A program made the translations under genes and the position numbers. The notes beneath the pieces are model-generated. The model was not told where the DNA came from and searched no databases. It was given only the letters and a program-made list of their open reading frames with translations. From a virus (Duplodnaviria; Caudoviricetes), in IMG/VR virus record IMGVR_UViG_3300020202_000084, positions 1 through 59,449 of that record: a stretch of 59,449 nucleotides of DNA. The stretch is one strand, 5' to 3'. Position 1 is the first letter of the stretch, and each line of letters starts with the position of its first letter. Shown here one piece after another: positions 27,326 to 37,700 of this stretch.

Positions 27326-27614
27326 TGTCCATATCCTTCTTAATCTCGTCTATAGCGGTAGCTCTCTTCTGGGCTTCCGCTATTTCTTTTTCTGTAGCCT
27401 TGCGCTCTTCAGCAGCTTGCTTCTCCATCCGTTTGATAGTGGCACTCTGCTTCTTGTTAGTTTCTACAGCAAGGGACAAAGCCTTCTCTACTCGCTTCAC
27501 TTCAGCAGTGGCTTGAATGGCTTCAGAGCGGTACCAGAGGGCTGTGCCTACAGCACCTAGGAAAGCTACTAGAGCGAGCAGGGCCAGAATGGCTTTTACT
27601 TTAAGCCCAAACAT
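27243..27614 (-). CDS. i-spanin (Rz-like)
   Basis: N-terminal TM plus coiled coil, after the endolysin. Confidence 0.8.
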   Translation of the reverse strand: MFGLKVKAILALLALVAFLGAVGTALWYRSEAIQATAEVKRVEKALSLAVETNKKQSATIKRMEKQAAEERKATEKEIAEAQKRATAIDEIKKDMDNVQGANDPAGPYWDALGERLRKSGRNH

Positions 27615-28057
27615 AGTTCCATTTCCGCTTGTCGTCTATTGACAAGCCCTCTTAGTTTTTTTCCTTTAGCATAAACCCACTTAGGAAGCTCATGACAAGC
27701 ATCACGCCATTTACCTTCATTGACAAGCTTAAGAAGTGTAGATCTTTTAAGATTTGTAATTCCGACATTATACGTAAAAGAGATCATTGCCGCCTTTGTA
27801 TATTCGGGTATCTCAACCTTAACGAGACGACTGACAGCATCAGAAGCAATTCTGAGGTCAGATACCAAGAGTTGATGGCAAGCCTCCGCAGAGAACTCGG
27901 TTCCGACAGCCACTACGTCAGGGACCACATGACCGTAGCATACAGTGGGTATACCTACTGGATCAATGTAGACTTTCCGCTCATATCCCTCCCAAGCAGT
28001 GACAACACCGAGAGCAAGAACAAGTGCCCCTGCTGCGGCTCTACTCTTTAGTCCCAT
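27596..28057 (-). CDS. endolysin, GH24 lysozyme with probable SAR anchor
   Basis: EG..YIDPVGIPTVCYGH (E-D-T), FTYNVG, GLVNRR..E. Confidence 0.95.
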   Translation of the reverse strand: MGLKSRAAAGALVLALGVVTAWEGYERKVYIDPVGIPTVCYGHVVPDVVAVGTEFSAEACHQLLVSDLRIASDAVSRLVKVEIPEYTKAAMISFTYNVGITNLKRSTLLKLVNEGKWRDACHELPKWVYAKGKKLRGLVNRRQAEMELCLGLK

Positions 28058-28253
28058 TCTTCTTACCCTTAAATCTGTCTCGATACTTCAGGTAAACCAG
28101 ACCAAGCTGTCCCACCAGAAGCACGACAGTGAGGGCTCCGATGATATTATTGAGGGTCAGGTAGTAAGCCAATCCGGCTCCAGTAGTGACACTGGCTTGT
28201 GACTCGGGTTGAACAATAACGTCAGAAACTTTATGAAGAAACTCTTTAATCAT
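28041..28253 (-). CDS. holin/pinholin (putative)
   Basis: Small hydrophobic ORF with basic C-terminus directly upstream of the endolysin. Confidence 0.65.
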   Translation of the reverse strand: MIKEFLHKVSDVIVQPESQASVTTGAGLAYYLTLNNIIGALTVVLLVGQLGLVYLKYRDRFKGKKNGTKE

Positions 28254-28615
28254 GCTGAAAGTGTAGTTCCGAGAGTGAGCGTTACAGAAGTGGTGCCGAC
28301 AACAATATCTCCTGTAGTAGACACCCAATACAGGCGTCTGGCGTTGGTCGTGCCGCGAGCAACCAACACCATAGTTCCTGTTACAACATCCTCATTACCG
28401 TCCCAGTCTGGAGCACGCTCCCATGCTCCAGTCCGGACAATGTAAATGCCATTATCTGTAGTGCCGTTCTTATAGAGAACACGGTCACCGTCAGTGCACG
28501 CAATACCATCAATAGTCTGCTCACCAGAAAGCGTAAGCGTTCCAGTAGAGGCAGCTAGGACAGGGGCCTTCATACCGAGGAAGGGACTCGCATTGCTTCT
28601 ATCTTGCCACGTCAT
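28250..28615 (-). CDS. short tail-fibre-related protein
   Basis: LSGEQTIDG..GDRVL.K..NGIY...GAW.RA.D domain seen at fibre N-termini. Confidence 0.65.
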   Translation of the reverse strand: MTWQDRSNASPFLGMKAPVLAASTGTLTLSGEQTIDGIACTDGDRVLYKNGTTDNGIYIVRTGAWERAPDWDGNEDVVTGTMVLVARGTTNARRLYWVSTTGDIVVGTTSVTLTLGTTLSA

Positions 28616-31600
28616 TATTCGCCCAACAATTGCTTGCGTTTAAGTTTCATAGCCTGTCGCATAATATCGTCAGGAGTATTCGCATACTGCCACATGATAT
28701 AGGTGCGGGCCGTTTCTCGCGCCTGATCGATACGGCTTTTAGCTACCTCTGCCCTAACACCCTCAGGAAGTTGACTCCATCCTGGTGCTGAGAAGAGGGT
28801 CTTAAGTTGCATATAGACTAGTCGGCCAGCAACACGCCGGTAGTCGTCTTCTTGCTTTCTAGTAAGCTCTACTCCCCTAATCTTTTTATCTACCTTAGCA
28901 GGCCATGCATTAAGAGCGTATAGCTCTTTGGCTACCGGATCAGACCTAATAAGATTAGGAAGAAGCTTGCTGTCTCGGGTAATTGCGTTACCGAAGATGT
29001 CCCTATAAGGATAAACTTCAGTGCTCTTACCGGGGAGCCTAGTCTTATAGGCTTCCAGAATAGTGCGAGCATCACGGAGATAGGGGTCCTCAGCCCGAGT
29101 GTATTGGCCTAGAGCAGCCGGAACCGGACGAGTAGATAAGTTCTCTAAGTAGTTCTGCATGAACCTTTCGGGATTATTAATAAATGCATCAGTAGCATCC
29201 GTTAGTCCCTTGAGGAACGTTTTATTGCTGATATTCTGACTAGCCGAATAGGCGATAAGTGTTGCAATCTCAGCACTCTCATCCGCTGTCAGCTTGTCCT
29301 GCATATAGGCGAAATCCGCAGAGATACCTAGGAGCGTAGCAATAGGCTCCACACGACCATAGGGAACCCAATAATCTCCTACTTTGATACTATACGGCTG
29401 ATTACCGCCACCTAACATCCAAGCGGCTCTCTCTGTAGGATCATCAGGACCAGAGCCAGTCATACGACCACTAGCGGCTGCCATATAAGCACCCATAGTG
29501 ATGGCAGTTCCTAGCACGATCTTGGCATAAGTTTCATCCCTGACAGCCGCACCGTGTTTACCACGAAGCTTGTCATAGATTTCCTTGTGCATGGGAGCGA
29601 GAATGGTGCGCTCCAGAGGGAACTTAATCAGGTTGATGGGAGTGCGAATAAACGGAGCAATCCATGCCTTAAGAATAGGGTGGCGCTCTCCTAGACGCTG
29701 TAGCTGCTTACCAGTCTTACCAAGCTCCTTAGTGAAGGTGACATAATCAGCCTCAGCACGAGCCGCTTCCATCATCTGCTTAGTCGGATTATTCACCAAC
29801 TTAGCAACATGGTCGGCAAAGTCCTGACCCTTTAATCCCTTCTTAGAAGCACTACGGTAGGCCAGAGCTTGCAAGTTGGCCCTATAAGCCATTGCCTGAA
29901 AGATTTCGTCTTCCATCATCAGGGCTGTGCCGGGCAGCCGAACAGCCGACCCGAAGGGGATAGTCTTGCCCTCCACCTTGATGTCCGGGATGGACTTACG
30001 GTTCTCGACAGGAACCTCTATGGTTTTGCCATCTGGCAGCGTCACCTTGCGGAGTCGCTTAGTCTCCAGCTTGGACACCGTAGAAGGGTCCCCAGTCCGG
30101 AGGGTGTTTACAGCTGCTTTTAGGCCCTCTGGGAGCCCTTGGATCATCCCGTAGAGCTTTGCCCCGGATTCTCCCATATAGACCCTATCGCCCGCTAATG
30201 CGGTTTTAGAGCCCATTGCCGCTCGACCTGCCCCGATAGCCCCAGCCACCCCCGTCTCAGCCACACGCCACAGCTGCGCCACCGTGTTACCGATGATGTT
30301 GGCCATATGAGTGGTGGGACCGGAGAGCATGGCGTTGTAGACATACTCAAGGGCCATATCGACAGCCCCCGGCTTGCTTAAGTCATGGACCAGCTTATTA
30401 ATCTGGCCAGGCTCAGCATTGTCCATCTTGCGGAGGGCTTCCATAATCTCATCGACATTAGCCTTCCCGCCAAGCGTATCGAGCGCCTTAGTCAGCTGAT
30501 CTAGTTCCTCCATCTCCTGCTTGTGTTTCTTCAGGATGTTGAGGGCACGACCAGCTTCGGTCTTAGCGCCAGTGACAGCTTCGTTATAAAGCGCAGCCTT
30601 ATGCCACGCCTCTACAGCCGCCATAGTATCTGCATCGGAGCCTGTAGCACGCGCCTTACGGCTAGCTTCAATAAGCTCCTTAGCTCCCTGCTTAAGTAGA
30701 TTGCGGGCACCCTCTAACTGAGTGCTGTTCCAAGCCTCACCAATGGCGCGCTTAAACAACATCTCCGGAGGAACACCCGCGTCAAGCGCGGCTGCCTCAG
30801 TCTCGGCCCATGTCACCTTCCCACGAGTGGCGAGAGGGGCAACACCAGGATTGGCTTGAGAGAGTTCCTCAATGGCCGAGTAAACGTCCTTGAGTTCTTG
30901 TATCTTGGCAGTGTCTACAGTGACACCGTCTGCCTTGACAAACTCCGGAGAGATGCCAATGGGTTTGGGAGGAATGGGCTGGGCCGGCGCTTTATCAGAA
31001 AAGATGATTTTACGTTCTCCAGCGACTTCACGTAGTTCCTCTAGTTGCTGTTGTGTTTCGTCAGAGTTCTTTTTAAGATTCTCTTCAATTTCTTTATACC
31101 TAGGATGATCTTCAGCTACGCCTGGCTTATCCAGCTTGCTTCGAGCCGCTTGCTTTTCAGCGCGTGCTAAAATAGCATCAGCAATATCATCACGTCCATT
31201 AGCCCTAGCCCATACGACTGCTGCCTTAGTTTCCACCAGTGTCATGCCTCCACCGAGAACACCAGAAGAAGAAGTGGCGCTGTGCAATGCCTTGACTAGC
31301 GGATCGCTAACGGATGCACCAGAGGTTTCAAGAGCATACCGCTCGTCAGCTAATGCATCTAGTTTAGTATTAAGGTCTATTACGTTAGTGCCAGGAGCTT
31401 CCGGAACAGCAATAGGGTCGGGGGTCTTAGCTTGCGGCTCCACTACTTCCCGGATAGCCTGTGTAGACTTCTGGGCCTTAGCAGTATTAATACCAGTGCC
31501 CATGAAGGCAGGCTCACCCATAGCGACAATGCCGCCGATGTTGATGAACTCTTCTACACTGGCTACAAAGCGCTCCTTGTCATGAGACTTATACTCGGTA

Positions 31601-32127
31601 GGAACAAGAGTTCCGCCAAAGGTAATACCCGTCTCAGGATCATAGGTTCCGCCAATTTGTTTATAACCAGGCTTAGTCTCATCAATAAGACCCATCTCTA
31701 CTCCAGCCTGCCCTAGACCGCTAGCAACGCTGCGAGCGGCCGCAGGGAAGAGACGAAAGAAACTATCCACACCAGCAGCGAGAGGACGAATAAGTCCCTC
31801 ATTAAAGGCACGCTGAGGCTCATAAAGATTAGGTCCGCTCTGCGAGAACAAGCCAACGTCCTTCAGAGCTTTCACACTCTCATCTGACAAACCCAGAGGC
31901 TCTGTGCCCCAGCCTTCAGCAGCCCCTTGACCGAAAGCATCTAGAATGCGTCCGACAGAAGTAGAGGACAGGAGTTGCTCTTGCGGAGTCATAGGCACAG
32001 CACCGCCCTTACCGCCAACCCATTTGACTGGCAGCTTAGCTGGAGCTTCCTCTTCGACAGGAATAGCTTGACTACGCCAGTTAGCAGTAGTCTCAGGGAT
32101 TGCTGTTTGACGCCAGTTATCAGTCAT
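28615..32127 (-). CDS. large internal virion/ejection protein (gp16-like)
   Basis: 1170 aa helical protein, PFIRTPINL, QPYSIK.G; position after the ejection genes. Confidence 0.75.
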   Translation of the reverse strand: MTDNWRQTAIPETTANWRSQAIPVEEEAPAKLPVKWVGGKGGAVPMTPQEQLLSSTSVGRILDAFGQGAAEGWGTEPLGLSDESVKALKDVGLFSQSGPNLYEPQRAFNEGLIRPLAAGVDSFFRLFPAAARSVASGLGQAGVEMGLIDETKPGYKQIGGTYDPETGITFGGTLVPTEYKSHDKERFVASVEEFINIGGIVAMGEPAFMGTGINTAKAQKSTQAIREVVEPQAKTPDPIAVPEAPGTNVIDLNTKLDALADERYALETSGASVSDPLVKALHSATSSSGVLGGGMTLVETKAAVVWARANGRDDIADAILARAEKQAARSKLDKPGVAEDHPRYKEIEENLKKNSDETQQQLEELREVAGERKIIFSDKAPAQPIPPKPIGISPEFVKADGVTVDTAKIQELKDVYSAIEELSQANPGVAPLATRGKVTWAETEAAALDAGVPPEMLFKRAIGEAWNSTQLEGARNLLKQGAKELIEASRKARATGSDADTMAAVEAWHKAALYNEAVTGAKTEAGRALNILKKHKQEMEELDQLTKALDTLGGKANVDEIMEALRKMDNAEPGQINKLVHDLSKPGAVDMALEYVYNAMLSGPTTHMANIIGNTVAQLWRVAETGVAGAIGAGRAAMGSKTALAGDRVYMGESGAKLYGMIQGLPEGLKAAVNTLRTGDPSTVSKLETKRLRKVTLPDGKTIEVPVENRKSIPDIKVEGKTIPFGSAVRLPGTALMMEDEIFQAMAYRANLQALAYRSASKKGLKGQDFADHVAKLVNNPTKQMMEAARAEADYVTFTKELGKTGKQLQRLGERHPILKAWIAPFIRTPINLIKFPLERTILAPMHKEIYDKLRGKHGAAVRDETYAKIVLGTAITMGAYMAAASGRMTGSGPDDPTERAAWMLGGGNQPYSIKVGDYWVPYGRVEPIATLLGISADFAYMQDKLTADESAEIATLIAYSASQNISNKTFLKGLTDATDAFINNPERFMQNYLENLSTRPVPAALGQYTRAEDPYLRDARTILEAYKTRLPGKSTEVYPYRDIFGNAITRDSKLLPNLIRSDPVAKELYALNAWPAKVDKKIRGVELTRKQEDDYRRVAGRLVYMQLKTLFSAPGWSQLPEGVRAEVAKSRIDQARETARTYIMWQYANTPDDIMRQAMKLKRKQLLGE

Positions 32128-33743
32128 TAGGGTTTAGTATATACCTTACCGTTTTCGTCTTTGAACTTAGCCCCCTTAGGGAGCTTGGCGAAATCTTCAT
32201 CAGTGACAATCACCGGCAACTCATCGCTCTGTGGGACAGCCCTAGCTCCGGGGCCACCAGGTGTAGCCTCATCAGCCTCCATAAATTCGCCCCCGACACT
32301 GTCATCCATAACATCCTTGATGACCTGATCGGGAGAACGCTTAAGCTGATTAATTATCTTGCCTACATAATTGGGATTATCCGGGTCTGTCATCTCGTAT
32401 GCTGACAGGCCCTTCTTTTTACCCTCATCAAAAGCTTTCAGGATATTATTATAAGCCCGAGTAAGAAGCTCTTGGCCCTTAGGGTCCTTCCATCCCAGCA
32501 TTTCATTCTCTGCTAGAAGCGTTCCCTTAGCGGCATCTAGGACACGCTGAAGCATGTCATTATCGGCCTTACCCTCAGGAGTTCCGTTCTTGATAACTTC
32601 TTGGCGCAACTGTTCCCAGTCACTAAACTTCATTTCCCGCTGAAGCGGAATTAGTTCATGCCAATCCGTAATCTTATCTGGATGACCTTCTGGATAGTGG
32701 ATGCGAGCAAAGGCATTATTCCAAGTAACGTGATTGGTAGTAGGCTCTTTATTAGCCCTAGCTTCCAAAGCATTCGCTAGAGCAAGCTTACTTTGGCCAT
32801 CTAAGCGACTATCCATAGCAATGGCCTTAGGATCGGCAGAGCCAGTTAGAATAGCCGTAGCGTGTTCCGTAAAAGCTGCTTTATCTAAATCCGCTAGGGC
32901 TTGTCTGCGCTCAGCTTCAGCCAAACGCTTCTCTACTTCCTCGGCCTTCTTTGCCTGCTTAATGTCCTGCTCAATCTCAATACGCAGGTCACCGTCAATC
33001 ATATCCTTGGTCTTGGCATATATCGCCTCTCCAGAGGCAGCATCGGTCAAGAGCGCATGATTGATGCGGGCACGAGCAGCCTTACTAATGGCCTTCTGGG
33101 TTTCCGTATTAATCGTCTCTTGCGACCAACCCTGCTCATCGCCTAGAGAGGCTACCTCATAGGCAATCCTATCTACTGCACCTTCCCACTTATTATCATC
33201 GCTGAAGTAGGTAGCAGCCTGCTGTTGGGCTTCTTCAATAGACGCCTGAGCGCTGAGGATATTTGCTTCTCTACGCTGAGCAATGGTGTAGCGATCCACT
33301 TGCTCCAGTTCACCTTGCAGGCTGGCATTAGAAGAAAGATCAAACGCTTCCTTAACTCGGCTGTTACCAGCCTTACCGAGTAATTGAGAGCGCGCCTTGT
33401 TAAGAGCCTCTTCTACACCCTTACGGTTATTAAGAGTATCCTCTCCCGAAGTGGAATAGAACCCTGGCTTATTGGGAGTGCCATCACCGAAGAGAATTTC
33501 CCTACGCTTTTTGGACCACTCTACTTCAAGGTTCTTTACGGCACGCTCTTCATCTTTTAGCTGCTCTTCATAGAGCGCATTGGAGGCTGCCTGTAGCCCT
33601 CTAGCAATGTCGTCATAACCATCCCCAACCGCTGCTGCACCGCGCCTGGTGAGGCTGATACCGGCAGAAGGATCGAAGGACGCCATACGTCGGGTAGGAC
33701 GGGGAACAGCACGCTCCCCGAGAGTAGACGGCATACGTGCCAT
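32127..33743 (-). CDS. internal virion/ejection protein (gp15-like)
   Basis: Helical protein, T7-like gene order. Confidence 0.65.
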   Translation of the reverse strand: MARMPSTLGERAVPRPTRRMASFDPSAGISLTRRGAAAVGDGYDDIARGLQAASNALYEEQLKDEERAVKNLEVEWSKKRREILFGDGTPNKPGFYSTSGEDTLNNRKGVEEALNKARSQLLGKAGNSRVKEAFDLSSNASLQGELEQVDRYTIAQRREANILSAQASIEEAQQQAATYFSDDNKWEGAVDRIAYEVASLGDEQGWSQETINTETQKAISKAARARINHALLTDAASGEAIYAKTKDMIDGDLRIEIEQDIKQAKKAEEVEKRLAEAERRQALADLDKAAFTEHATAILTGSADPKAIAMDSRLDGQSKLALANALEARANKEPTTNHVTWNNAFARIHYPEGHPDKITDWHELIPLQREMKFSDWEQLRQEVIKNGTPEGKADNDMLQRVLDAAKGTLLAENEMLGWKDPKGQELLTRAYNNILKAFDEGKKKGLSAYEMTDPDNPNYVGKIINQLKRSPDQVIKDVMDDSVGGEFMEADEATPGGPGARAVPQSDELPVIVTDEDFAKLPKGAKFKDENGKVYTKP

Positions 33744-33747
33744 TTAG

Positions 33748-34356
33748 TTATCCGTAAGCAACTTGACTTGAATATTTACCGAACTTACCGCTACCAGTGT
33801 AACTGCGGTTGGTAAGTGTATTACTAGATAGCTCTGTAGTAGCCTCTTCTGGCCAATACTTCTCATAGAAGCTGGCAGACCCTTGCAGGGCATTGCCAAC
33901 CGCAGAAAGGTAGGAAGCACGCCTGATATTCTTAGCGGCGTATCGCCCGGCAGCATTCGCATATTGCCCTTCAGCCTGACTTGCGGCTGCTTGGGCCTCC
34001 ATGCCTCGGGCTGCTTCCTCTCCTTCATAGATCGCAGCAGCAGCGTTCCAATCTCCCTCTGCGCGCAATCTACTCAGGATGTTCTGGACAGAACCACCAG
34101 TGCCGCCGCCAGAAGCAGCAGCAATCGCCTTGGCACGCGACATAGCCAGCCGTGCCTTACGCTGTTCCTCGATAGCCTGAAGCTGCGAAGTGGCCCGGTT
34201 CTGACCGGCCTGCTGCCTCAGCTGCGCAGCTTGGAAATTAGCTACAGTTTGCTGCGCCTTGCCCTCATACCTAGCCTGCGCAGCCTGAGCTTCGCCACCT
34301 ACTAGGGTGCCTACTGTGCTCACTGCTGTCGCTGCAATAGCTAGTGACTGTGCCAT
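33748..34356 (-). CDS. internal virion protein (gp14-like)
   Basis: Ala/Gln-rich with hydrophobic N-terminus, A..AASG motif. Confidence 0.7.
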   Translation of the reverse strand: MAQSLAIAATAVSTVGTLVGGEAQAAQARYEGKAQQTVANFQAAQLRQQAGQNRATSQLQAIEEQRKARLAMSRAKAIAAASGGGTGGSVQNILSRLRAEGDWNAAAAIYEGEEAARGMEAQAAASQAEGQYANAAGRYAAKNIRRASYLSAVGNALQGSASFYEKYWPEEATTELSSNTLTNRSYTGSGKFGKYSSQVAYG

Positions 34357-34700
34357 TTATAAACTCTACCTTGAGAATTAGTCATTACGTATTCAAATCC
34401 GCACCGCTCTAGGAACTCAGAAGAGGTAGGGATGCTGGGCTCTGCCACTGCTAGGACGGGCTTGTTTATCTCTTTTAGCAGTCTCAAAACCTTTATCGCA
34501 CCCCTACCTAGTCCTGCTTTCAGGTGGGCATATTCAGGAAGTATCTTCGAGAAGGCTACCACCTGATCGGGATAGTAATATACGCCAGCTACAGCCACGG
34601 CTGCCCCGTCACAGATAGCAGCATATGCCCTCATAGTTCTGAGGGGTCCATGACCATATACTGTGCGAATATCTGCTTCTGTAGCTGGACGTATTTCCAT
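34341..34700 (-). CDS. GNAT-like protein (T7 gp13-like)
   Basis: IRPATEAD...FLERCGF; position after the nozzle. Confidence 0.65.
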   Translation of the reverse strand: MEIRPATEADIRTVYGHGPLRTMRAYAAICDGAAVAVAGVYYYPDQVVAFSKILPEYAHLKAGLGRGAIKVLRLLKEINKPVLAVAEPSIPTSSEFLERCGFEYVMTNSQGRVYKWHSH

Positions 34701-37700
34701 TATCCCGTAGTCTCTAGTCCAAATGTCAGGCCCAAGATAGTAGCCGGTTTAGGAGCCGTAGCCTCTAAACAGATGCGACTATCTGTAGACCATTTGGTGT
34801 TATATGAAGTAGGTTCGTAATCAAGGGTGGCATGAATGGTGTCAGTGGCCACCGGCTTATTATCGATTATTGTAGGCAGGGCTCGGAGGAAACTATAACT
34901 ATCTCCAATCCGAAGTCCCTGATGGTGGGTATTGTAGAGAATTAAGCCAATGTTCTCGACACGCTTACGGCGGTTGAGAGCCGTGCCATTAGCAGCCGCA
35001 TAAGCCAGCTTAGTAGACTTATATCGGGCCGTATAAGGCAAGCCTACGATAGCATTAGACACAGATGAACTGAGTGTGATGCTTCCGCTAGCCACTGTGA
35101 AGGTGCCCTTGTAGACGCCATCGGCCCAGCAGACAACCGTTTCTCCTTCCAAGTGATCCAAGCCTGTGAGTGTGGCTGTGGAAACGGAAGTATATTCGAC
35201 AAAGCTGTCTGCTTGTTTGTTTTTGGTCCCACCTTGGCAATCCTCTTCAATGGCCCAGCGTTCCAAGTAGCGCATATCGACGCCGCCGATGTTACGCTTC
35301 ACTGTGTAGTAGACAGCATCTTCCGGTGTATCGGGAAGGACACAGACATCTTCAATGTCTCCGTCAGTCTCGATATTCACCCAGCAGATCGTATCTTCTT
35401 CTTTCTCAAAGACCAGCATTGCCACAGTGCCATCACCTAGAACGCAATGGATGCGTGTATCGGGACGACGCTGCACAGCGATACGCTCAATACCGCTCTC
35501 GGCAATCTCAGGCACCAACCTAGTCAACTCGCTGGCGCTATAGTCGTAAGTATCGAAGTTATAGATCAGCTGGAATAGACGCGTGCCAGTTCTGTCCACG
35601 AACGCACCACCGCTATCTACAATGACAGCCCCAACTGCAGCGCTGCCCTGTGTAGAGGCAGGCTTCATGTTGAAGTTATCTGGCGTAAGTGGTTCATCGA
35701 AAGATGTAGATCGGCAGCTTCTCTCGCTACCCTGAGCACCCACAATCAATCGCTGAAGCGGCAGGAGCCAATTGATATCATCAACCGGACCCTCACCAAT
35801 GGTGCGGGAGATAGGGCCACTATCACCCTCTACAGTGTCATCAAAGCTCTCGTATTCATCCGAGACTGACAACACCACTCGGTCATTACCTGCCCATGCT
35901 AGGCGGCTTTCATAGATAGCCACCGCAGAAGGATAACCTCTGTAGTCACTCCACATGCCTTCATTCCAGGTTTCAAATGCACTTGTGCCACCCATAGGGG
36001 ATAACACAATAGCATCGACCGAAGTGGTGCTATTAAACCCGGTAACGCGAGCAATGCCATCAATCGTGCCAGAGGCATATGACAGGCTGACAACAGCAGT
36101 TCCGCTGGTGTAGTTACCAGTCTTAATACCGATACGATAGTAGATTACTTGGTTGTCCAGACCATCATTGTAAGTAGCTGTGCCGTTGGCAGTGAATGTG
36201 GCTACATCCACCCAAGTGCCTGGCTCAGAGATGGAACGCTGAAGCGTAACTGTGGCAGTCCAAGTGCCGCTCCGGACAATCGTAATATCACGAGTGGTTC
36301 CGGTGCCAGTAACCTTAATAGCGCTACTAAATTGATTAGCGCCATTGAAGCTATCTTGCGTAGCTTGTCCGACTGAGGCGATGCGAAACAATGTTCCTAT
36401 CATCTCCTCTTTGAACAACTCTCGGCTTGCTGTGAGAGTAATGTCCCCTGTTAGCGCCGAAGCAGTTAGGGTAATCTGTGAGGTATTGACATCGCGCCAA
36501 GGGCCGTCTGCTGGAAGATAGTCAGCAATGCCCCAAGAATGTTCTCCATAACGCAATACCTTCATCTGCTTGACGCCATTACAGGCCAAGAACAAGACAT
36601 CACCGGACTGCCAATACCGGATGTTCTCCAAGTCGCTTGTGGTGTATGGTGTTGGCAAAACCATATCCCCAGAACCTTCGACTTGGATAGATGTTACTAT
36701 ACTAGAGTATTTCGTATTGGCCTTTATATCAATGAAAAACAGATTGCTATTAGGCGTAAAGGAGAAGGTATAAGTCCCCTTCTCCAAATTCTTTTGCCCC
36801 ACCAAATCATCACTATTAAACTCGGTGCCGACTGCAAAAGTGACTATCCCTTGATCTACGACCACTCGAAGAGAATGCTCTACCGTCTTATCCGTATTAA
36901 GAACGGAAATAGCCTCCACTCGCCGGGCCTCATTATATCCGGTGCCCACTAGGAACATACCGGTGCCGCCGTCCGCAGTATCAAGGACTTCTATCTTGGT
37001 CAGACCAGCCAAATCCCGGCTCATATCTGTATAACCGGTAGCATTGACAGTTCCACTGTCATCAGCCGCATTCTTGTAATACGCCTGCATCGCACTAGAT
37101 GCAGCGGTCTTTACCGAGAAGCCTTCACCAGTGTTGCTTACAGTATGAAAAGAGACAATGATATCGCTCCCATCGAAGTCAAAGACAATCTCATCCGATG
37201 CAAGCGTGTTGCCTCCATTTGTAATTGTGAACCCAGAGGAGCCGCCATTGAATGTGACTTGGGTAGGAGCAGAGGCAAAGTCATAAGCATCACCAGATGA
37301 TGCTGCCTTTCCGATGTAGCACTTATCGATGATAAAGTTTTGAGAACCACTTGTGGCGGACTTAAAAGTTAGTTTTACCTTGTCGCCCGTTCGCGTGAAT
37401 AACGAACTATCTATTACATTGCGAACGTTCATACCGCTAGCGCCCGCAGCCACCGGAGAAGCGCCCGTAATCGTCTGGGTAAATGCAGTCTCGAAACTTG
37501 CCGGGGCAACGCCGCCATAAGTGCTGCTCGCCCCGCTCCCATCCATGTCGAGCCACTGATAGGCTTGATAGAACGTATGGAATGGACTGGTCGGCCCTGT
37601 CGTGAACAGCAGGTTGTTGTTTGGAGAGAATGCTACTCCCTGACAGTCGTCATCAGGAAGTGTTGCTGGATTGGACTGTTTCGTCCAAGTGCCAGAGACA